Below, in pieces: positions 1 through 4,637 of a stretch of 12,361 nucleotides of DNA (the stretch's first letter is position 1; the number at the start of each line of letters is the position of its first letter). The DNA comes from Patescibacteria group bacterium (GTDB taxonomy: Bacteria > Patescibacteriota > Minisyncoccia > Phycocordibacterales > UBA1550), in assembly GCA_038061275.1 (NCBI GenBank), contig JBBTZQ010000006.1, positions 1 to 12,361 of the forward strand, given 5' to 3'. The translations under genes were made by a program, and so were the position numbers. The notes under the pieces are model-generated. The model was not told where the DNA came from. It was given only the letters and a program-made list of their open reading frames with translations, and did not search any database.

Positions 1-88
1 ATTGTTGACGGGACTATTGTGTACATTACGTACCTTAAGCGAAAAAATAAAAATCCCAATAATTAGAAAATTTGTGCAGACGATGTAA

Positions 89-514
89 CTAAGCGCATTT
101 TTTGCAAACCCCGAAAAACTCAAGGGAATGATCTTGTATAGAAGAAAACGAAACTGATTTTTTAAGAACGAGTTTTTCAAGTTCGTCGGAATCGCAGTTT
201 TTGATGTCCTCTATTTTTCCGCATTTCTTGCAGATAATATGATGATGGTGGGTCGTACCCATTGAAAGCTCATATCGCGAACCAGTTTCCCCAAGGTCGA
301 TTTTGCGTATAATTCCTGAAAGGGAGAGCGCTTCAATTGCGCGATAGATAGTCGTTTGATTCAATTTTACGGGAAGTTTTTCAGAAATCTGCTGTACACT
401 TACGGGGGAAGTGCTTTTTTTGAGGACATTTAAAATAGCGATTCTTCCGGGGGTGACTTTACTGTTTGCGCCACGGAGCGCGTCTTTGAAGTCTATTCTA
501 GGAGAAGTTTTCAT
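89..514 (-). CDS. Fur-family metal-responsive transcriptional regulator (Fur/Zur/PerR type; subtype not resolvable)
   Basis: The ORF 89..574 translation has a winged-helix N-terminus (KVTPGRIAILNVL...SVQQISEKL). It also has the HHHHIICKKCGKIEDI motif and a C-terminal CKKC, giving two CxxC pairs typical of the Fur family. I place the start at the internal ATG 514 (MKTSPRIDF...) because a good promoter (-35 544-549, -10 521-526) lies inside the 5' extension of the longer ORF. Confidence 0.85.
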   Translation of the reverse strand: MKTSPRIDFKDALRGANSKVTPGRIAILNVLKKSTSPVSVQQISEKLPVKLNQTTIYRAIEALSLSGIIRKIDLGETGSRYELSMGTTHHHHIICKKCGKIEDIKNCDSDELEKLVLKKSVSFSSIQDHSLEFFGVCKKCA

Positions 515-520
515 AAAAAA

Positions 521-549
521 ACTATACCATAAACGCAAAACACTTGCAA
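521..549 (-). promoter_or_regulatory. Putative sigma70-type promoter of the Fur-family gene (TTGCAA-17-TATAGT with TGn extension); the -10 ends 6 nt before ATG 514
   Basis: Read on the minus strand: TTGCAA (549-544), 17-nt spacer ending in TGG, TATAGT (526-521), TTTTTT, then ATG (514). No Shine-Dalgarno is present, which is consistent with a leaderless mRNA. Confidence 0.45.
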
Positions 550-573
550 TTACGCGCTCTTGTCTTTTTCCCA

Positions 574-601
574 TTGTTTTTGTATAAAAGTCTGGTATAG
601 T
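574..601 (+). promoter_or_regulatory. Putative promoter for the tRNA-Val transcription unit (TTGTTT-16-TGgTATAGT)
   Basis: -35 TTGTTT 574-579 and extended -10 TGG TATAGT 593-601. The predicted start near 608 is just upstream of the first 38-bp repeat (612). Confidence 0.4.
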
Positions 602-611
602 GTCAGGTACA

Positions 612-687
612 GGGCGATTAGCTGTCTTGGTAGGTAATAAAAGAAGGAAGGGCGATTAGCTGTCTTGGTAGGTAACAAAAGAAGGAA
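612..687 (+). repeat. Two tandem 38-bp repeats (612-649, 650-687; 37/38 identical), each beginning with the first 12 nt of tRNA-Val
   Basis: The unit is gggcgattagctgtcttggtaggtaa[t/c]aaaagaaggaa, repeated twice. It is followed directly by the genuine tRNA start gggcgattagctcagttggtagagc at 688. The first ~24 nt of each unit resemble the tRNA acceptor and D-arm with a disrupted D-stem. Confidence 0.9.
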
Positions 688-760
688 GGGCGATTAGCTC
701 AGTTGGTAGAGCAATTCATTTACACTGAAAAGGTCGGGGGTTCGAGCCCCTCATCGCCCA
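688..760 (+). tRNA. tRNA-Val (anticodon TAC), 73 nt, CCA not encoded
   Basis: Manual cloverleaf: acceptor GGGCGAT/ATCGCCC, D-arm GCTC-AGTTGGTA-GAGC, anticodon loop TTTACAC, T-arm GGGGG-TTCGAGC-CCCTC, discriminator A760, followed by CAA. Confidence 0.95.
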
Positions 761-809
761 CAATAAAAAAGAACGCACTAGGGCGTTCTTTTTTATTGTG
801 GGCGATGAG
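750..809 (+). terminator. Perfect 27-bp inverted repeat (750-776 / 783-809, loop actagg) whose left arm includes the last 11 nt of tRNA-Val; the inner part looks like a rho-independent terminator
   Basis: ctcatcgcccacaataaaaaagaacgc is exactly complementary to gcgttcttttttattgtgggcgatgag. The T-tract 789-794 lies inside the right arm. Confidence 0.7.
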
Positions 810-829
810 CAAGCAAACTGCTTTGCTTG
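810..829 (+). repeat. Small hairpin H1 (caagcaaa-ctgc-tttgcttg) inserted inside the inverted copy of the tRNA-Val 3' end
   Basis: 8-bp stem 810-817/822-829 with loop ctgc. It splits tgggcgatgag (799-809) from ggggctcgaa (834-843); together these are the reverse complement of tRNA positions 741-760. Homologous hairpins occur at 4457-4478 and 5918-5945. Confidence 0.75.
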
Positions 830-833
830 CGTA

Positions 834-956
834 GGGGCTCGAAAGGCGCAACTATATCGAGCGGAGCGAGATGGTGAGCTGGGGTCGAGAACACTTAGGC
901 TTTTGTGAACGAAGTGAAACAAAAGACTTAGTGATTCGTGACCGAGCCCGCCCACA
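834..956 (+). ncRNA. Copy V of the tRNA-linked structured module (candidate ncRNA or hairpin-type mobile element), bracketed by inverted and direct tRNA-Val T-loop/3'-end fragments
   Basis: Left bracket ggggctcgaa (834-843) is the reverse complement of tRNA 741-750. Right bracket cgagccc-gcccaca (943-956) is a copy of tRNA 743-762 lacking 6 nt. Internal helices are 845-847/878-880, 849-859/867-876 and 884-906/919-942. They match the architecture of the copies at 4296-4390 and 4658-4752, with compensatory changes. Confidence 0.45.
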
Positions 957-1085
957 AACATTAGACATGGATGCGAGAGCATCGGTGTCTTTTTGTTTGT
1001 GTGTGCGATGAGGGGCTCGAAGGACGGACGATTCCACAGAATCGCGTCGCGTACTGTCGATTAAAACGCGACGAGTATACAAGAT
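942..1085 (+). repeat. Second, partly truncated repeat unit downstream of tRNA-Val
   Basis: Components in order:
- direct tRNA-end fragment 942-956
- hairpin 963-990 (agaca/tgtct and gatgc/gcatc, loop gaga) followed by T-tract 990-994
- tgtgtgcgatgaggggctcgaa (1000-1021), matching the reverse complement of the tRNA-Val 3' end at 21/22 positions
- ggacgga (1022-1028) and gtatacaaga (1075-1084), which match the start of the Leu-locus module but are interrupted by hairpins 1029-1044 and 1045-1073. Confidence 0.6.
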
Positions 1086-1095
1086 TGTAGTTTCA

Positions 1096-1124
1096 TTGAA
1101 AAAAGTTATCGCGAATGATAGAAT
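1096..1124 (+). promoter_or_regulatory. Putative promoter of the orphan gene (TTGAAA-17-TGaTAGAAT)
   Basis: -35 TTGAAA 1096-1101, 17-nt spacer, extended -10 TGA TAGAAT 1116-1124. Confidence 0.55.
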
Positions 1125-1176
1125 AACGCCATAAACAAGAAGTTCTTTTTGATTTTATAAAAGAAGGAGGTGTCCA

Positions 1177-1590
1177 GTGCTTATTATTGAAAAAATAGAA
1201 GTTATTGTGGTGGTTTGGTTCTCCGCTCTCTTGATTTCCCTCGGGTCGTTTGGAGAATTGAAGGGTTGGCACGAACTGCGCAAGGCTGTATTTCCTTTTC
1301 GTTCACTGGAAACTTGGCGACGCAGGTTTAAAATCGTCATCTGTTACCCCATCGCTTTTTGGTTTGGGGGAGCGGAAGCTTTACGGTGGTCCAGTCCTCT
1401 CCACGAGCTATTCTTGTGGCGTGTGCGACTCCTGTGGAGGAAGCTCTGGGTTCGCGGAGATGAGTTTCATTCATCTCTCGATATGGATATTGTTGCGATG
1501 TACAACATGACGGAGTCAGAACGAGAGGTGTATGGCCGGGATCTTGTGAAAAGAAGGATTATCGCTCACGAACGGGATTTGAGTAGGTAG
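1177..1590 (+). CDS. Hypothetical protein, 137 aa, N-terminal hydrophobic helix, Trp/Arg-rich; no family recognised
   Basis: GTG start preceded by AAGGAGGT (1164-1171) at 5-6 nt spacing. It has its own promoter (1096-1124) and a clean terminator (1607-1632). Confidence 0.7.
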   Translation: MLIIEKIEVIVVVWFSALLISLGSFGELKGWHELRKAVFPFRSLETWRRRFKIVICYPIAFWFGGAEALRWSSPLHELFLWRVRLLWRKLWVRGDEFHSSLDMDIVAMYNMTESEREVYGRDLVKRRIIAHERDLSR

Positions 1591-1606
1591 GTTTCTTTAT
1601 TCAATT

Positions 1607-1632
1607 AAAAGGGGTCTACGGACCCCTTTTTT
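1607..1632 (+). terminator. Rho-independent terminator
   Basis: aaaa ggggtc tacg gacccc tttttt: 6-bp GC stem extended by A/T pairs, followed by T6. Confidence 0.85.
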
Positions 1633-1662
1633 CTTTAGTAAAAAAAGGATATTATTGCCTAT

Positions 1663-1938
1663 ATGCAAAAACGTCTCGAATGTGAGGTTGCGGGCCGAGT
1701 CCAACTAGTAATGTTCAGGGATTTTGTACAGCGAAAAGCGAGCAACCTCGGTGTTTTTGGGACTGTAAAAAATAATCCTGACGGTTCAGTATCTGTTGTT
1801 GCGGAAGGTGAAGAAGAAAAACTTAACACACTTCTCGACCTCATCCATAGAGGATCTATTTTGTCGCGCGTAGACCATGTGAAGGTTTTATGGGGGGAGC
1901 CCTTGGGGAAACATGATTCTTTTGTTATCCTATACTAA
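1663..1938 (+). CDS. acyP: Acylphosphatase
   Basis: 91 aa with the VAGRVQLVMFRDF motif (the V-x-G-x-V-Q-G-V-x-F-R signature region) and G-x-V-x-N...DGSV...EG in the typical length and order. Confidence 0.85.
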   Translation: MQKRLECEVAGRVQLVMFRDFVQRKASNLGVFGTVKNNPDGSVSVVAEGEEEKLNTLLDLIHRGSILSRVDHVKVLWGEPLGKHDSFVILY

Positions 1939-1941
1939 CTT

Positions 1942-2625
1942 ATGTCAAAGCAGTCTATTGAGTGTGTCGGTGTCATTATGGATGGCAATCGCAGGTGGGC
2001 CCGTGAAAAAGGGAAGCCCATTTTTGAGGGACACCGCGCGGGGTATGATACGCTTGCTCAGGTGGTAAAGTGGGCGCGTGAAGCGGACGTTAAAAATGTT
2101 ATTGCTTATACATTTTCTACCGAGAACTGGCAACGATCAGAAGACGAAGTCGGATATTTGCTGAAGCTCTTTAAGTTTGTTGTCGAATCGGAAGCAGACC
2201 GCATGGTTGCCGAACAAGTGCGCGTGAAGTTTGTCGGCGAGCGTGAGCGTTTCTCCAAGGATCTCCAAGAAGGAATGAATCGTATTGAAGCGATAACCGA
2301 AAAGTCTTACAAGATTACACTCTATCTCGCCGTGTCATATGGAGGACGCGCTGAGATTCTTCATGCAACAAACACACTTCTTGGAGAGGGCGCAAAGAGT
2401 GTGACTGCCGAAGAGTTTTCAAAAAAACTTTGGACATATCCTATGCCTGACCCTGACCTCATCATTCGCACTGGTGGCGTCATGCGACTTTCGGGGTTCC
2501 TCCCGTGGCAGGCTATTTACAGCGAACTCTTTTTTCTGGGGACAATGTGGCCGGATTTCTCTGAAACAGAGTTCCAAAATATACTTAAAGAATATGCTGA
2601 TCGCGAGCAGAGGCACGGTAAGTAG
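1942..2625 (+). CDS. uppS: Undecaprenyl-diphosphate synthase (cis-isoprenyl transferase)
   Basis: Motifs IMDGNRRWA, GH..G, FSTENW.R and RTGG..RLSGFLPWQ..YSE are characteristic of UppS. Confidence 0.93.
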   Translation: MSKQSIECVGVIMDGNRRWAREKGKPIFEGHRAGYDTLAQVVKWAREADVKNVIAYTFSTENWQRSEDEVGYLLKLFKFVVESEADRMVAEQVRVKFVGERERFSKDLQEGMNRIEAITEKSYKITLYLAVSYGGRAEILHATNTLLGEGAKSVTAEEFSKKLWTYPMPDPDLIIRTGGVMRLSGFLPWQAIYSELFFLGTMWPDFSETEFQNILKEYADREQRHGK

Positions 2626-2655
2626 TTTTGTTTTACATTCGCACATACTCCTATT

Positions 2656-3435
2656 ATGAATATTCCTGTTTTATATGAAGACGATGAAGTTGTCGTTATC
2701 AACAAACCCGCGGGACTCGTGGTGCATCCTGATGGGCGCACAAAAGAAGAAACGCTTGAGGATTGGATAAAGAGTGAGTACCCAAAGATAGCAGAAGCCC
2801 GTGTGGGGGAGCCAATCATTTTGACAGGAGGCGAAGAGATTCAAAAACCGGGTATCGTTCATCGTATCGACCGCGACACTTCAGGAGTCCTTATTATCAC
2901 AAAGACGCAAGAATCTTTTTTAAATCTGAAATCTCAATTTCAAGCGCGCACGATCAAGAAAAATTATAAAGCAATCGTGTATGGAGGTTTCAAAATTCCT
3001 CACGGCATAATCGACAAACCTATTGGTCGCTCAACAAGCGATTTTAGAAAATGGTCAGCTGAGTATGGAGCGCGCGGAGAGCTTCGTGAGGCAACGACGG
3101 AGTATTTTGTGAAGGGGGAAGGGAAGGCGATAGCGCAATATGAAGGGCCTTCAAAAAAGAAAAAGGGAGATGAGACGATAATACTTTCATATCTTGACGT
3201 TTTCCCACAAACAGGAAGAACTCACCAGATTAGGGTTCATTTGAAATCGATTGGGCATTCAATCTTGGGTGACAAGGTCTATGCTCCAAACTCACCTTTA
3301 GCGCTAGGTTTTACTCGCACTGCTCTTCATGCATCATCCGTGACCTTTAAAAGTTTAAAAGGCGAGGAAAAGACGATAGAAGCGCCTCTGCCAGAGGATT
3401 TTAAGCACGCTCTTGCAGAACTAGGGCTCGTGTGA
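2656..3435 (+). CDS. RluA-family 23S rRNA/tRNA pseudouridine synthase (no N-terminal S4 domain)
   Basis: Catalytic motif HRIDRDTSGVLIITK and the GRTHQIRVH motif. The N-terminus YEDDEVVVINKPAGLVVHP is typical of the RluA/RluD family. Confidence 0.9.
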   Translation: MNIPVLYEDDEVVVINKPAGLVVHPDGRTKEETLEDWIKSEYPKIAEARVGEPIILTGGEEIQKPGIVHRIDRDTSGVLIITKTQESFLNLKSQFQARTIKKNYKAIVYGGFKIPHGIIDKPIGRSTSDFRKWSAEYGARGELREATTEYFVKGEGKAIAQYEGPSKKKKGDETIILSYLDVFPQTGRTHQIRVHLKSIGHSILGDKVYAPNSPLALGFTRTALHASSVTFKSLKGEEKTIEAPLPEDFKHALAELGLV

Positions 3436-3463
3436 TAGAGTATCGGATATTTGCGAAGAACGC

Positions 3464-3898
3464 ATGAATAAAGAAATTATGGAAAATACAACGATACAAA
3501 TGAGCCCCGTAGCTACCGCAGAGCGTAAAAACCTACCTCTTCATGCAGGAGCAACCGTACGAGTTCACCTCAAGATTGAGGAAAAAGGAAAGATTCGCCT
3601 TCAGGTTTTTGAGGGTCTCGTTCTCGCAGTAAAGGGTGGCACTAGCAATGGCGCTATGTTTACTGTACGAAAGACCGCGAGCGGTATCGGTATGGAAAAG
3701 ATTTTCCCTCTCTATTCCCCAGTTATCGACAAGATTGAGATTGTGCGTCAGTCCGAGGTTCGTCGCGCAAAGCTCTATTTCATCCGCAGCAAGGTAACTC
3801 GCGAAGTGCGTCGCAAGATGCGCCACACAAAGACGGGTGTTACCGTCCCTATGCAGGAAGGAGAGATTGTCGAGGAGGTAGTTGCAAAGGCAGAGTAG
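3464..3898 (+). CDS. rplS: 50S ribosomal protein L19 (with N- and C-terminal extensions)
   Basis: The core GATVRVHLKIEEKGKIRLQVFEGLVLAVKG...FTVRK...GIGMEKIFPLYSPVIDKIEIVR...VRRAKLYFIR matches L19. Alternative in-frame starts exist at 3479 and 3500. Confidence 0.92.
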   Translation: MNKEIMENTTIQMSPVATAERKNLPLHAGATVRVHLKIEEKGKIRLQVFEGLVLAVKGGTSNGAMFTVRKTASGIGMEKIFPLYSPVIDKIEIVRQSEVRRAKLYFIRSKVTREVRRKMRHTKTGVTVPMQEGEIVEEVVAKAE

Positions 3899-3900
3899 TT

Positions 3901-4057
3901 ATACCATCCCCAACTAACCTCTTCGCATTGGCTCAAAAATATCGGCTGCGACTTTGAGAAAAATCTTTAGCGTATCTCGATATGCTTCATATTTTCCTCT
4001 TCGTCTCGCTCGAAATTTTTGAGCCAATTACGCGAAGGACTTAATTGGGGATGGTAT
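3901..4057 (+). repeat. 157-nt long imperfect inverted repeat (about 37 bp of stem) directly after the rplS stop and before its terminator; MITE-like or a structured 3' UTR
   Basis: Arms 3901-3940 and 4015-4057: ataccatccccaa...ggctcaaaaat versus atttttgagcc...ttggggatggtat. There are a few mismatches and a 3-nt bulge (4029-4031). A nested inner hairpin is at 3956-3964/3991-3999. Confidence 0.75.
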
Positions 4058-4062
4058 TAAAC

Positions 4063-4086
4063 AAAAGCGGGCGCAAGCCCGCTTTT
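4063..4086 (+). terminator. Rho-independent terminator (rplS unit)
   Basis: aaaa gcgggc gcaa gcccgc tttt. Confidence 0.8.
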
Positions 4087-4095
4087 CAGTTCCGC

Positions 4096-4124
4096 TTGAA
4101 CTTTTAGGGCTTTTAGCCTATGAT
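4096..4124 (+). promoter_or_regulatory. Putative promoter of tRNA-Leu (TTGAAC-17-TATGAT)
   Basis: -35 4096-4101, 17-nt spacer, -10 4119-4124. The tRNA starts 20 nt downstream of the -10. Confidence 0.5.
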
Positions 4125-4143
4125 GGTGAAGTTACATAAATAT

Positions 4144-4227
4144 GCCCAGGTGGCGAAATTGGTAGACGTACTACCTTGAGGTGGTAGCGCCCGCAAGGGC
4201 ATGGAGGTTCAAGTCCTCTCCTGGGCA
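4144..4227 (+). tRNA. tRNA-Leu (anticodon GAG), class II with long variable arm, 84 nt, CCA not encoded
   Basis: Acceptor GCCCAGG/CCTGGGC, anticodon arm CTACC-TTGAGGT-GGTAG, variable arm GCCC-GCAA-GGGC, T-arm GGAGG-TTCAAGT-CCTCT, discriminator A4227, followed by CAA. Confidence 0.95.
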
Positions 4228-4234
4228 CAAAATG

Positions 4235-4266
4235 AAAGGCGGAACGCGAAAAGCGTTCCGCCTTTT
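4235..4266 (+). terminator. Terminator-like hairpin T1; core of a longer imperfect hairpin (4208-4295) that pairs the tRNA-Leu T-loop/3' end with an inverted copy
   Basis: ggcggaacgc (4238-4247) / gcgttccgcc (4253-4262), loop gaaaa, flanked by aaa/tttt. Outer pairing runs 4208-4232 with 4270-4295, with two mismatches, one bulge and one G.U. Confidence 0.7.
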
Positions 4267-4276
4267 GAATTTTGTA

Positions 4277-4411
4277 GCACAGGGGAGGACTCGAAGGGCG
4301 CAGGCGGTATACAAGAAGAGCGAAGCGAGTGCTTGTCGCCGAGCCGGGGCCGAAAGTACTTAGGAGCGTAGCGACTTAGTAACTTGTGGCAAAGTCCTCT
4401 CCTGGGCACCA
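4277..4411 (+). ncRNA. Copy A1 of the tRNA-linked structured module, closed by a helix between an inverted (4277-4291) and a direct (4393-4407) copy of the tRNA-Leu 3' end, ending ACCA
   Basis: The core 4296-4390 is 83/95 identical to 4658-4752 with no gaps. Helices are 4297-4299/4343-4345, 4303-4306/4337-4340 plus 4311-4315/4332-4336, and 4349-4363/4375-4390. Segment 4393-4408 is 16/16 identical to tRNA 4212-4227. Confidence 0.5.
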
Positions 4412-4455
4412 TATAAAAAAGCTTCCGAAAGGGGGCTTTTTTATATGGTGCCCAG
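4402..4455 (+). terminator. Hairpin T2: 25-bp stem (two U.G pairs on the + strand), GAAA loop; the inner part is a canonical terminator with T6
   Basis: 4402-4426 pairs with 4431-4455. The inner stem gcttcc/gggggc is followed by tttttt (4437-4442). The outer arms are a tRNA-Leu 3' fragment plus CCA and its complement. Confidence 0.65.
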
Positions 4456-4493
4456 AGCGAATGAACTGCTTCATTCGCGCGAGAGGACTTGAA
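4446..4493 (+). repeat. Inverted copy of the tRNA-Leu 3' end split by small hairpin H2 (4457-4478)
   Basis: tgcccag (4449-4455) and gagaggacttgaa (4481-4493) together are the exact reverse complement of tRNA 4208-4227. They are interrupted by gcgaatgaa-ctgc-ttcattcgc. Confidence 0.8.
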
Positions 4494-4561
4494 GAGGTTG
4501 AGTATGTTTTTGAAAATGTAACCATTTGAAAAAATGCGAAACCTGTACCGAATCTGTAAGA

Positions 4562-4636
4562 TTCAAGATTCCTCTCCTGAGTTCAACACCAAAAACAAAG
4601 AAGCCGAACGCGAAAGCGTTCGGCTTCTTTGTTTTT
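4562..4636 (+). repeat. Degenerate direct tRNA-Leu 3'-end fragment (4562-4590) plus hairpin T3 (perfect 21-bp stem 4591-4611/4616-4636, GAAA loop)
   Basis: ttcaagattcctctcctgagttcaacacc resembles ttcaagtcctctcctgggcaca. aaaaacaaagaagccgaacgc is exactly complementary to gcgttcggcttctttgttttt. Confidence 0.75.
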
Positions 4637-4637
4637 G

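Noticed and set aside
515-574. N-terminal 20-aa extension of the Fur-family ORF (start at 574)
   Set aside because: The extension (MGKRQERVIASVLRLWYSFF) contains the gene's own best promoter (-35 544-549, -10 521-526). It also overlaps the divergent tRNA-Val promoter -35. Fur proteins normally begin about 10-15 aa before the first helix, as with the start at 514.
716-1082. Track ORFs 716..982 (-) and 852..1082 (-) in the tRNA-Val downstream region
   Set aside because: They overlap the tRNA gene and the palindromic repeat field and have no start signals. Their translations are low-complexity and Ser/Arg/Cys-rich. The region is better explained by RNA or repeat structure.
3983-4045. 20-codon ORF (MLHIFLFVSLEIFEPITRRT) inside the rplS 3' hairpin element
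   Set aside because: It has no SD or promoter context, and it lies largely within the base-paired right arm of the long inverted repeat. It is most likely fortuitous.
4296-4390. The module as a minus-strand tRNA-like gene or tRNA pseudogene (the minus strand ends ...TTCGAGTCCTCCCCTGTGCTA, a tRNA-Leu-like 3' quarter)
   Set aside because: There is no D-arm or anticodon arm, and no T-stem 5' strand precedes the T-loop on the minus strand. The wobble pairs in the module helices are G.U only on the plus strand.
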